Assembly (NCBI GenBank): GCA_014905635.1
Contig: JABVCE010000003.1
Coordinates: 1,240,001-1,304,000 of the forward strand
Source of the DNA: Scenedesmus sp. PABB004
Taxonomy: Eukaryota
Direction: 5' to 3'
Length of the DNA stretch: 64,000 nucleotides
The notes under the pieces were generated by a model. The model worked only from the letters and a program-made list of their open reading frames with translations. It was not told the DNA's origin and searched no databases. The translations under genes were made by a program, and so were the position numbers. The stretch's first letter is position 1. The number at the start of each line of letters is the position of its first letter. Positions 25,856 through 37,020 of the stretch are shown in pieces.

Positions 25856-27163
25856 GCCTGCTGGGGCTGCTGCGCCGCCTGCGCCGCCTGCTCCGGCGGC
25901 GCGGCGCAGGGCCGGTCGGGCAGGGACTTGGTCTTGCGGAAGTGCAGCCCGCACGCGTTGCAGAGCGTCGGCTTCTCCGGCGGCCCGCCGCGCCACTGCG
26001 GGCTGAACTGCGTGCCGCAGTGGTGGCAACCCGCAAAGTGCTGCGCGAGCGAGCGGCGCTTGCGCTTGGGCAGCGTCTTGGTCTTGCGGTAGTGCCGGCC
26101 GCACGGGTCGCACAGCACGGGGTGCTCGGGCGGGCCGCTGCGCCACTGCGGCGACTCCTCGGCGTTGCAGTGCCCGCAGGGGCCCTGCGCGGCGGCGCGG
26201 CGGGGGCGCCAGCGGCGGCGGCGGCGGCGCGTCGGCGGGGGCGCCAGCGGCGGCGGCGGCGCGTCGGCGGCGCCGCCTGCGCGGCCGCGGCCGGGGCCGC
26301 CGGCGCCGGCGCCCGCGCTGCGCGCGCCGCACGCGCCGCACCGTGAGCGCGCCCGCGACCTGGCTGGTGTGGTCGGGGAGGCTCTGGACCTTGCGGAAGT
26401 AGAGCCCGCACGCGTTGCACAGCACCGGCTTGTCCGCGGGCCCGCTGCGCCACTGGCTGCTGATCGTCGTGCCGCAGTGGAAGCACGGCCCGCGCAGCGC
26501 CACGGTGCGCCGGCTGGCGCCCGCGGGCGAGGCGGCCGCCGCGGCCGCGGCCGCCGCCGCGCCCGCCGGCGTCGCGCCGGCCTCCTGCTTGGGCGCCTTG
26601 ACCGAGCCGCCGCCGTCGCGGCCGGCGGCGCCGCCGCCCGGCGCGGCCGCGCCGTGCGCCGCCGGCGCGTGCGGCGGGGGCGGCTGCATCGCGACGGCGC
26701 CCTGCAGCTGGCCGCCGCCGCCGAGCGCGAGCTGCTGCGCGTGGCCGGCGGGCGAGAAGAACGGCACGGGGTGGGGCGGGGGCATGCCCGGCACCAGCTG
26801 CCCCATGCCGGCCTGCAACTGCATCATGTGCGCGACCTGCTGCGGCTGCAGCAGCATGAGCGGCTGCTGCTGCAGCACAAATTGCTGCCGCAGCGCCGCC
26901 GCCGCCGCGCCGTGGGGCGAGGGCGGGCCCGCCGAGGGCGTGCTGTGCTCGGGGTGGGGCGTGCCGTCGCTCTCGGACGAGCCCAGCACCCCGCAGCCGC
27001 CCGGCCGCGCGCCCGCGGCGGCGGTGCCTATGGCGAGCAGGCCCGACGCCGCCGCGAGGCTCGCGCTGCCCGTGGACAGCTCCGGCTGCGCCGCGCCATG
27101 CGCGCCCGCCTTGGCGTCGCCGCGCTGCTGCTGCTGCTGCTGCTGCTGCTGCGGGGGCGGGCC
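23429..27163 (-). CDS. GATA transcription factor with three CX2CX18CX2C zinc fingers and Q-rich regions (5' end uncertain, possibly a small exon at 27493-27479)
   Basis: Fingers [52 protein letters not shown] and [26 protein letters not shown]. Introns at ~26342-26185 and ~25430-25305. Stop TGA at 23431-23429. Confidence 0.85.
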
Positions 27164-27790
27164 CTGCGCGGCGCGCGGGCGGGCCGCGGTGAGCGGCGCC
27201 GCTCGCCATCTCGGCGCCATCGGCGCCCGCGATCGTGCGCGAATGAAGGCCGCCGCGCCGCCGCGCGCGCGCCGGGCCCGCTGCCGGGGCGCGCCGCGCC
27301 GCGCCGGAGCTGCCGCCGGCCGCGGGGCGCGCGCGCGCGCGCGCCCGCCGCCGGGCGCCGCCCGGCAGCGGCGGGCTGGCAGCCAGCGCGCCCGGCGGCC
27401 AAGATGCGGGCGCGGCGGCGCGCCGCGGCGGCGTCGCGGCAGCTCCCCAGTCCCCCCTTATGCGCCCCCGCCGCGCACCAGGGCGTGCAGCATCTATGCG
27501 CGCCGCGGCGCCAGCCCGCCGCCGCTCCCGCCTGCGCCGCGGCGCGGCGCGGCGGCAGCGGCTGGGCGGCGCTCCGCGCGGGCGAGGTCCTCCAGCTCCC
27601 GGGCGTCCCGCCGGCGCCCTGGATCTGGCGCCGCGGCGGGCGTGCGCGCCGCGCGTCGGCGCGAGGCCTGGTCGCTGCGCGCGCGAGCGGCGTGCGCGCC
27701 CGCGTGGCGGCGCGGCAGTGCTGTGCGCGGCTGAATTGCGCTGTGGAGCATCGCGCGGGCGGTGTAGCGCGCTGAGCGCTGAGAGAGATC

Positions 27791-28848
27791 ATGCAAACTG
27801 TCATGACAATCGCGCGTCCGCGGCACCAGCCCCGCGGCACTCGACACGCCGCTCCAGCCGCTCGGCGCCGACGACGCCTCGGATCTGGCCCGCCGAGCCC
27901 GCCCGCGCCAGCAGCACCGCCGCCCACCCGCCGCGCGCCCGCCATGCGCCTCACGGCCGCGTCCGCGCCGGGCGCGAGCGCCCGGCAGCAGCGTCGCGCC
28001 GCGCCCGCGGCGCCGCGCGCGGCAGCCGCGCCGACGGCAGCACCGCCGCTGCGGCGGCAGACGCCCGCGGCGCCGCCGGCGGAGCTCGCCGACGCGGCGC
28101 CGCCTGCGCCGGGCGACACCGTGGTGGGCCGCGTGATCAGCACCGGCCCGCACGGCTCGCGCGTGGAGCTGGCGGGGGGGCGCGTCGGCTACCTGCCGCG
28201 CTGCCTCTCGCCGCTCGCGCTGGACGCGACCGGCGCGTACGCGTGGGGCCCGCCCGACGCGGAGCAGCAGGGCCTGCTCCACCTGCAGCGCGAGTTTACC
28301 GTGCAGCGCTGCGACGACGCGCGCGGGCCGCTGCTGTCGGCGGCGCACGCCGACTGGGCGATGGTCTACCGCCGCGCCGCGCAGCTGTCCGAGCTCTGCG
28401 CCGACGGCCTCGCCGTGCTGACCGCGCGCGTCGTCGGCCGCAACGCCGGCGGCCTGCGCGCGGTGTGCGCCGGCGCCGTCGGCTTCATCCCCAAGAGCTA
28501 CCTCCCCCGCACCGCCCGCGCCGCGTTCCACCGCCAGGCGCGCGCCGCGCCCGGCGCCGCGCCCGGCGCGTCGCGCCCGGCGCGTCGCGCCCGCCGCGGC
28601 GGCACGTGCGGCGGCCTCACGCGCGCCGCGCGCCGCGCGCGTGCCGTGCAGGCCGACGACGAGCTGCTGGGCATGGAGCTGCCGGTGCTGATCGAGGAGG
28701 TGGTGCCGGAGCAGCGCCGCATTGTGCTGAACAGCGTCGCCGCGCTCCACTCGCGCCTCGCCGCGGTCGCGCCCGCGACGCTCGTGCGCGGGACCGTCAC
28801 CCAGGCGCGCCGCGCGGGCGCGGCGCGCCCGCGCCCCCGCGCCCGGCC

Positions 28849-28893
<45 letters not shown>

Positions 28894-30165
28894 AGCGCGC
28901 CGGCGCTGAGCTCGCGCCGCGCGCCCGCACAGGTCAAGGCGAGCCACGCGTGGGTCGCGCTGGAGGGGCTGGACCAGGACGGGCTGTGGGCCTACCTGCA
29001 CCGCGACCACCTCAGCGTTGACCAGAGCTTCCCGCACCTCCAGGTGAGGCAGCGGCCGGCGCGGGCGCAGCGGGCGCAGCAGCGGGCGCGGGCGCGGAGC
29101 GCCGCCGCCCCGCCGCGGCGCGGCCTGCCGCGGTGCCGCGCGGCGGGGGCGGCGGCGCGAGAGCGGGCCCTGGTTTAATTTCCTGCCGGCCGCACCCTCC
29201 ACGGCCGGCCGGAATGATCCCCAGGCGACAGCCCGCGCCGCTCCACGTGCCCGCGCCCGCGCCCCTCCCCTGTCCCCGCGCCCGCCGCACGCCGCTCAAC
29301 CCGCGCCGCGCCGCGCCGCCGCTCGCCCGCCCAGGCGGTGCTGTCGCCCGGCGAGGCGGTGACTGCGATGGTGCTGCGCGCCGAGGAGGGCGGCAGCCGC
29401 ATCGCGCTCTCAACCGCGCACCTCGAGGCCGCGCCGGGCGACATGCTGCGTGACCGGGCTGCCGTGTTTGCCGGCGCGGCGCGCCATGTGGCGCTCGTGC
29501 GGCGGCAGATGAGCCAGGTGCGGCGCCAGTCGCGGGCGGCGGGGCGGCGGCGGCGCGGCCCGCTGGCGGCCGCTGCAGCGCGCCGCGCCCGCGCCCCGCC
29601 GCAGCGCCGCCGCCCCAGCGCGGCCCGCAGCGCACCCACGTGCCCGCCCGCCGCCCCGCCGCCCCGCCAGGCCGACCTGCACTTCAACGTCGCCGTCACG
29701 GTGCCGCCGCCGGCCGCCGACGCGCCCGCGCCCGCGCCGGCGGCGCCGGCCGCGGCGCCGGCCGCGGCGCCGCGCGCCGCGCCGTCCTGGCTGCTGCGCG
29801 GCGCCGCGGCGGCGCAGGAGCTGGAGCCGGCCTTTGCCCTGAGCGGCTACATGCCCGGCCGCGGCCTTGGTGTCGTCATGGCGGCGGCGCTGTGGCCCAG
29901 CCCCGCCGGCGGCGGCTGGGCCGGCGGCGCCGCCGCGGCGGCGCTGTCGTCGCTGGAGGAGCACGCCGCGGAGCAGGGCTGGTGGGCCGAGGGCCCGCTC
30001 GCGTGGCGCGCCGCGGACGAGCGCGAGCAGTGGGCGGCGGAGCTCGCGGCCGCGCCGGCCGCCGCCGAGGCGCCGCGCAGCGCGCCGTCTGACGCGGCCG
30101 TCGACGGCGAGCAGCAGTGGCTGCAGCCGCCGCCGCCGGCGGCCTGGGAGGACGACGCGCCGTGA
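27791..30165 (+). CDS. S1 RNA-binding domain protein, divergent plastid ribosomal protein S1-like
   Basis: Three S1-like repeats (GDTVVGRVI..GYLP; GFIPKSYL..IEEVVPEQRRIVLN; LVRGTVTQVK..LHRDHLS..LSPGEAVTAMVL..RIALSTAHLEAAPGDML) and an R/A/P-rich transit-like N-terminus. Two GC-AG introns. Confidence 0.75.
29097..29233 (+). ncRNA. Intronic box H/ACA snoRNA candidate, copy 1 (variant H box AGAGCG)
   Basis: In the S1-gene intron 29044-29334: hairpin, AGAGCG (29160-29165), hairpin with an internal pocket, ACA (29228-29230). A near-identical copy lies at 58443-58580. Confidence 0.55.
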
Positions 30166-30860
30166 GCTGCGCGCTGTGAGCTGTGTGTACACCACCAAGC
30201 TGCTGTGTTGTCGTCGATGTGCGTTTGTGCGCAGGCGGGTGGCGATGTACAACAAGCTGCAGGACAAGCCAACCTCGTTTGAGGGCTGCAGAGCCCTGGT
30301 AGGGGCAGCCCTCAGGGGCAGCGCGGGTCGCAGGACTGAGCTCGCGGGGCGTGGCGCGCGAGGCTGCGCGAGGCTGCCAGGCCAGTTTTGAGGCGGCGGG
30401 TGGGGAGCGGGGAGGCGGGGGCGCGGTAACGCTGCGTGAGGCTCTGATCGAGGTCAGTGTCGCTGACGGTCGTGCGGGCTGGGGCTGGCGCCGCGACCAG
30501 CGGGCGCACGGCCCGCGTTCCCGAGCGCACGCAGCGGCGCCGCTGCCGCCTGGCTGCGCGGCGGCCCCAGCTGTCGGGCGGCCGGGCCGTGAGCCGGAGC
30601 TGCGGCTCCGGCGCGAGCTGGCGATCTCTGGGGGCGTGCGGGCCAACCGGTGCGGGAGCTGGGCGCGGTGCAAGGGCCTAGCACTGGCCAGCTTCCGAGC
30701 GCCTGCGCCCCTTATCCCGCGGCGGCCGCGCCCGCTCGTTACGCCTCAGCAGCCCGCTGCCCGCCAGCTCCTTGCGCTCTCGCGCTCAGCGGCCCCCGCC
30801 GTTGCGTCCAACCACCAGCACGCGCTGGTGAGGCCCATTGAAGAAGAAGCGAGGAGCAGC

Positions 30861-30986
30861 ATGTCTGACGCCGAGGCCCCCGTGGTGGCGGACGAGGTGG
30901 CGGCGCCCGCGCCGGCCGCGGAGGCCAAGCCGGCCGCCGAGGAGGAGGGCTACGATGAGAGCCTTCTCATCATGATAAAGCGTTAA
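30861..30986 (+). pseudogene. Truncated 5' copy of the PPI1-like gene
   Basis: MSDAEAPVVADEV...YDESLLI is identical to the start at 33563, then reads MIKR* from junction sequence. Confidence 0.8.
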
Positions 30987-31229
30987 GGCCGCGTTCCCGA
31001 GCGCGGCCAGCGGCGCCGCTGCCGGCTGGCCGCGCGCGCGCGGCGGCCCCCGGCGCCCTGGATCTGGCGCCGCGGCGGGCGTGCGCGCCGCGCGTCGGCG
31101 CGAGGCCTGGTCGCTGCGCGCGCGAGCGGCGTGCGCGCCCGCGTGGCGGCGCGGCAGTGCTGTGCGCGGCTGAATTGCGCTGTGGAGCATCGCGCGGGCG
31201 GTGTAGCGCGCTGAGCGCTGAGAGAGATC

Positions 31230-31655
31230 ATGCAAACTGTCATGACAATCGCGCGTCCGCGGCACCAGCCCCGCGGCACTCGACACGCCGCTCCAGCCGC
31301 TCGGCGCCGACGACGCCTCGGATCTGGCCCGCCGAGCCCGCCCGCGCCAGCAGCACCGCCGCCCACCCGCCGCGCGCCCGCCATGCGCCTTACGGCCGCG
31401 TCCGCGCCGGGCGCGAGCGCCCGGCAGCAGCGTCGCGCCGCGCCCGCGGCGCCGCGCGCGGCAGCCGCGCCGACGGCAGCACCGCCGCTGCGGCGGCAGA
31501 CGCCCGCGGCGCCGCCGGCGGAGCTCGCCGACGCGGCGCCGCCTGCGCCGGGCGACACCGTGGTGGGCCGCGTGATCAGCGGTGCGTTTGTGCGCGGGCG
31601 GGCGGTGATGTACAACAAGCTAGGAGGAGGCACAGGACAAGCCAACCTCGTTTGA
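31230..31655 (+). pseudogene. Truncated 5' copy of the S1-domain gene fused to intergenic sequence
   Basis: Same protein sequence as the 27791 ORF up to GDTVVGRVIS, then an unrelated 24-aa tail. Confidence 0.8.
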
Positions 31656-32211
31656 GGACTGCAGAGCCCTGGTAGGGGCAGCGCGGGTCGCAGGACTGTG
31701 CTCGCGGGGCGTGGCGCGCGAGGCTGCCAGGCCAGTTTTGAGGCGGCGGGTGGGGAGCGGGGAGGCGGGGGCGCGGTAACGCTGCGTGAGGCTCTGATCG
31801 AGGTCAGTGTCGCTGACGGTCGTGCGGGCTGGGGCTGGCGCCGCGACCAGCGGGCGCACGGCCCGCGTTCCCGAGCGCACGCAGCGGCGCCGCTGCCGCC
31901 TGGCTGCGCGGCGGCCCCAGCTGTCGGGCGGCCGGGCCGTGAGCCGGAGCTGCGGCTCCGGCGCGAGCTGGCGATCTCTGGGGGCGTGCGGGCCAACCGG
32001 TGCGGGAGCTGGGCGCGGTGCAAGGGCCTAGCACTGGCCAGCTTCCGAGCGCCTGCGCCCCTTATCCCGCGGCGGCCGCGCCCGCTCGTTACGCCTCAGC
32101 AGCCCGCTGCCCGCCAGCTCCTTGCGCTCTCGCGCTCAGCGGCCCCCGCCGTTGCGTCCAACCACCAGCACGCGCTGGTGAGGCCCCATTGAAGAAGAAG
32201 CGAGGAGCAGC

Positions 32212-32337
32212 ATGTCTGACGCCGAGGCCCCCGTGGTGGCGGACGAGGTGGCGGCGCCCGCGCCGGCCGCGGAGGCCAAGCCGGCCGCCGAGGAGGAGGG
32301 CTACGATGAGAGCCTTCTCATCATGATAAAGCGTTAA
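32212..32337 (+). pseudogene. Second truncated 5' copy of the PPI1-like gene
   Basis: Same as 30861-30986, shifted by 1351 bp. Confidence 0.8.
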
Positions 32338-32580
32338 GGCCGCGTTCCCGAGCGCGGCCAGCGGCGCCGCTGCCGGCTGGCCGCGCGCGCGCGGCGGCCC
32401 CCGGCGCCCTGGATCTGGCGCCGCGGCGGGCGTGCGCGCCGCGCGTCGGCGCGAGGCCTGGTCGCTGCGCGCGCGAGCGGCGTGCGCGCCCGCGTGGCGG
32501 CGCGGCAGTGCTGTGCGCGGCTGAATTGCGCTGTGGAGCATCGCGCGGGCGGTGTAGCGCGCTGAGCGCTGAGAGAGATC

Positions 32581-33006
32581 ATGCAAACTGTCATGACAAT
32601 CGCGCGTCCGCGGCACCAGCCCCGCGGCACTCGACACGCCGCTCCAGCCGCTCGGCGCCGACGACGCCTCGGATCTGGCCCGCCGAGCCCGCCCGCGCCA
32701 GCAGCACCGCCGCCCACCCGCCGCGCGCCCGCCATGCGCCTTACGGCCGCGTCCGCGCCGGGCGCGAGCGCCCGGCAGCAGCGTCGCGCCGCGCCCGCGG
32801 CGCCGCGCGCGGCAGCCGCGCCGACGGCAGCACCGCCGCTGCGGCGGCAGACGCCCGCGGCGCCGCCGGCGGAGCTCGCCGACGCGGCGCCGCCTGCGCC
32901 GGGCGACACCGTGGTGGGCCGCGTGATCAGCGGTGCGTTTGTGCGCGGGCGGGCGGTGATGTACAACAAGCTAGGAGGAGGCACAGGACAAGCCAACCTC
33001 GTTTGA
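32581..33006 (+). pseudogene. Second truncated 5' copy of the S1-domain gene
   Basis: Same as 31230-31655, shifted by 1351 bp. Confidence 0.8.
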
Positions 33007-33562
33007 GGACTGCAGAGCCCTGGTAGGGGCAGCGCGGGTCGCAGGACTGTGCTCGCGGGGCGTGGCGCGCGAGGCTGCCAGGCCAGTTTTGAGGCGGCGG
33101 GTGGGGAGCGGGGAGGCGGGGGCGCGGTAACGCTGCGTGAGGCTCTGATCGAGGTCAGTGTCGCTGACGGTCGTGCGGGCCGGGGCTGGCGCCACGACCA
33201 GCGGGCGCACGGCCCGCGTTCCCGAGCGCACGCAGCGGCGCCGCTGCCGCCTGGCTGCGCGGCGGCCCCAGCTGTCGGGCGGCCGGGCCGTGAGCCGGAG
33301 CTGCGGCTCCGGCGCGAGCTGGCGATCTCTGGGGGCGTGCGGGCCAACCGGTGCGGGAGCTGGGCGCGGTGCAAGGGCCTAGCACTGGCCAGCTTCCGAG
33401 CGCCTGCGCCCCTTATCCCGCGGCGGCCGCGCCCGCTCGTTACGCCTCAGCAGCCCGCTGCCCGCCAGCTCCTTGCGCTCTCGCGCTCAGCGGCCCCCGC
33501 CGTTGCGTCCAACCACCAGCACGCGCTGGTGAGGCCCCATTGAAGAAGAAGCGAGGAGCAGC

Positions 33563-36473
33563 ATGTCTGACGCCGAGGCCCCCGTGGTGGCGGACGAGGT
33601 GGCGGCGCCCGCGCCGGCCGCGGAGGCCAAGCCGGCCGCCGAGGAGGAGGGCTACGATGAGAGCCTTCTCATCAAGGTCAAGGGCCGCGTCAAGCGCCCC
33701 GCGCGTCCCGACGACACCGAGAGGTGCGCCTCCGCGCGGGGCCGGGGCGGCACGGCCCGCGGCGCAGCCGGCGCGCGGGGAGGGCCCAACCAATCCGTTC
33801 GCCATCGCCCGCCCGCCCCGGCGGCCACAGGAACATGCAGATCGAGAAGCTGCAGGAGCAGATCAACAAGGCCAGCGACCGCATGAAGGAGATCAAGGCC
33901 ATGCTCGACAACCGCGCGGCGGGCGGCAAGGGCACCTCGCCCGAGCAGCAGGCCGCCCGCGACCGCATCGCGAAGCTCCGCGCCGAGTTCGACGCCGTCC
34001 TGGTGCGGAGCGCGCCGGGCGTTCCGAGGCGCGCCGTGGCGGCGCCGGCGGCACGGCGCGCCGGCCGGGGGCGGGCGGGGAAGGTTGGGCGCCGCCGCGC
34101 CGGTACTGCCCCCGCGCGCGCCCGCCGCGGCCGCCCCCGCGCGCTGCCGAGCGGCCTCCCCGCCGGCGCGCCCCGCCCCGCCCGGCCCGCGCGCGCGCGC
34201 CCGCAGGAGCAGAAGCGCCGCCTGCAGGTCCAGAGCGACGACAAGAAGACCGAGCGCGACAAGCTCTTTGCCGAGCAGCGCGCAATCAAGGACGGCATCC
34301 GCGGCCCCACCAACCTCGCGGTGCGCCTCCGGCCGCGCGCGCACGCCGCGTGCGTGCGCCTTGCAGGACGCGCGCGCGCACGTACGTGCGCCGCGCCCGC
34401 CCCGCCGCCGCCCACGCGCCGCCGCTGCCTGCCCGCCCGCGCGCGCGCGCAGACCATCGAGACCCAGCTGCAGGAGCTGGAGTTCAAGCTCACGCACGAG
34501 TCGCTGACCGCGGCGCAGGAGAAGTCCATGCGCGAGCGCAAGGACCGCATCGAAAAGGACCGCCCCGCGCTCGCGCGCCTCGCGGCGCTGAGCGCCAAGA
34601 TCGACGAGGCCAAGGCCGGCAGCGAGGCCGTGCGCGCGCAGATCACCGCGCTCAACTCCAAGCTCGACGCCCTCAAGGCCGCGCGCGAGGAGGAGCAGGT
34701 CTGCGGCGCGGCCACGCAGCGCGCGGCCGCGCAGCGGGCCGCCCCGCCGCGCGCCGCGCCGCGCGGCCCGCCGAGCGCCGCCGCGCCGCGCCGCGCCGCC
34801 GTCGCAGGGCAAGCTCGCGGCGCAGCGCGCGGCCGAGGCGGAGACGCGCAGCGACGTGCCGGCGATGATCGTTGAGAAGAAGGAGCTGTGGGAGGTCATC
34901 CAGGCGCTGCGCGACAAGCAGCGCGAGATCCGCACCGCGTTCAACGCCAAGTGGGACGAGTTCAAGAAGCAGGACAAGGCCTGGAAGGGCTGGTTCGCGC
35001 AGGAGCGCAAGAAGAGGTGCGGCGCGGCGCGGCGCGGCGGGCACGCGCGGTGCGGCGCGGTTCAGCTAGCAGCGCGGCGGCGGGGCGCGGCCGACGCCCG
35101 CCCCGTGCCGCGCCGCGGCCGCAGGAACGAGTCGCGCAAGCAGGAGTGGGAGGAGCGCCAGGCGGCGCGCAAGGCGCGCGACGCGGAGCACCGGCCCGCC
35201 AAGTTTGAGAAGGAGGTGCGTTTGCGAAGGAGGGCCGGCAGCCTGGCCGGGCACACGCGGCAGCGCCGGCAGCGGGCAGCAGGCAGCTGCGTCTGGCCGC
35301 GCCGCCGCCGCCCGCTCAGCCGCGCCCCCGCGCCCCTGCCCCCGCGCGCCGCGCCGCCGCTGCGCCCGCAGGTGTACACGTGCGAGCAGGTGCTGTCCTA
35401 CCTGCGCCAGTTTGTGGTCGAGGCCAAGAAGGGCCCCGAGGAGGTGCGCGAGCTCGAGGCGCCCGCGCCGGGCATGAAGCTGATGTCCAAGGCGCGCGGC
35501 GAGAGCGAGGCCGACGCGCTCTACAGCGGCATGGGCGGCAAGAAGGGCCGCGGGGCGCGCAAGGCGCAGGAGCGCGCCGCCAAGGCGCCCGACGCCGGCA
35601 AGGTGCGGGCGCGGGCGCGGCCACGCGGCGGGCGGGCGGGCGGGCGGGGGCCGCGCGCGGGAGCCCGTGCCCGCGCGCGCGCGCAGCGGGAGCCCCGCCC
35701 ACGCCCCTGCCCGCGCTCCCGCTGCGCGCTGCGCGCCGCGCGCCGCCGCCGCGCAGGCGCTGCCGCGCGTGCTGCCGCTGGAGACGCTCAAGACGTTCAT
35801 GGCGCTCGGCCTGGAGGCGCCCAAGAGCAACGACGACGTGCCGGCCGCGATCGAGGCGGTGGAGGCCAAGAAGAAGGAGTACGAGGAGAAGCGCGACAAG
35901 GCGGCGCTTGAGCCGCCGAGCGAGGAGGAGGAGGCCGAGCCCGAGGCCAAGGAGGGCGAGGAGGCCAAGGAGGCCAAGGACGGCGAGGAGGCGGAGGAGG
36001 CGAAGGACGAGGAGGAGAAGGAGGCGGAGGAGGAGGAGGAGAAGGGTGAGGGGCGCCGCGCGCCGGCACGGCAGCCCGCCCGCCCAGCGCCGCAGCCCGC
36101 CCGCGCGCGCGCGCCTGACGCGCCCCGCGCCCGCCCGCCCCGCCCGCCGCGCAGAGGAGCCGGCCGCCGCCAAGGCGGAGGCCAACGGCGACGCGCCCAA
36201 GGCGGAGGCCAACGGCGGCGCCGCGACCGCCAACGGCGGCGCCGCCGCCAAGGAGGAGCCCGCGGCCGACGGCGCCGAGGCGACCAAGGACGGTGCGCCA
36301 GCGGCTGCCTGCCCGGCGTGGCGCTGGCGCAGCACGCTGCCGCGCGACCGTGCCGCGCGGCCGCAGCGACCGCTGGCCGCTGACGCCGCCGCCGCTGCCG
36401 CCGCCGCGCAGGCCTGGGCGTGAAGCTGCGCGTCACTGACGACGGCGAGGTCAACATGGACGTCTCTGTGTGA
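33563..36473 (+). CDS. Proton pump-interactor 1 / BFR1-like coiled-coil protein, about 10 exons
   Basis: Long K/E-rich coiled coil with RPARPD, IETQLQELEFKLTHESLTAAQEKSM, FEKEVYTCEQVLSYL and LETLKTFMALGLEAP..IEAVEAKKKEY, ending VNMDVSV*. Family call is from recalled similarity. Confidence 0.7.
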
Positions 36474-36821
36474 GGAGGCCCAATGCACCAGCGTTGGGTG
36501 GGCCGGGCTGACGGCGCCGAGCGCGCGCCGGCGGCGGCGCCGCCGCCGCCGCGGCGCGCCGCGGGCGCCAGCTGCGCCGAGCGCCGGCCGCGCGGATTGC
36601 GCGCGGCGCGGCGGCCGCGGCGCGCGCGCCTTGTGTGCGCGCCCCGCGCGCTGCGCACCCAGCAGCATTGGTCGATCGGTGCGGTCTTTTGTGTCGGGGC
36701 CTCGGCGCGCGCCCGGCGGGCAAAGTTCTCTTTCTGGCTGCAGGATGCGATCACCGGAGGCCCAGCACTGGGCGCGCTCTGCGCCGGCCGCAGCGGCTCG
36801 GCTGCGCCGGCGGCGGCGGTG

Positions 36822-36849
36822 TGTAATCGAGCGCGCGTGATCGTTTACA
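36822..36849. terminator. Opposing chlorophyte UGUAA polyadenylation signals of the convergent PPI1-like and FKBP genes
   Basis: TGTAA at 36822-36826 (+) and TTACA at 36845-36849 (TGTAA on the minus strand). Confidence 0.6.
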
Positions 36850-37020
36850 CCAGGGATCACATCACAGCGCGCGCGCGCGCAGGTCCGCACCACCAGCCGG
36901 CGCCCGCTCCCGCTCCCGCCGACGCGAGCGCGCCGCGCCAGCGCGACAGCGTCGCGGCGGCCGGGCCAGGCGCGGCGCGCGCGCATCAGTCAGCGCCAGC
37001 GCGCCGCGTCGCGTTCATCA

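Larger units (their letters stand above)
30219..33674 (+). repeat. Chimeric tandem duplication with 1351-bp period: B0-J-A1-B1-J-A2-B2
   Basis: A (31050-31580, 32401-32931) copies 27611-28141. B (30219-30972, 31582-32323, 32933-33674) is the upstream region and first codons of the PPI1-like gene. The ATGs at 30861, 32212 and 33563 are exactly 1351 apart. Confidence 0.95.

Noticed and set aside
31582..32940. New GTGCGT donor-like site at the A/B junctions that might splice the S1 transit peptide onto the PPI1-like gene
   Set aside because: The donor would be phase 1 while the nearest PPI1-like acceptor (33830) is phase 2, so no in-frame fusion is predicted.
30219..33674. Tandem array considered as a transposon, LTR element or CRISPR-like array
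   Set aside because: The units consist entirely of local host gene fragments, with no transposase, TIRs, TSDs or repeat-spacer structure.
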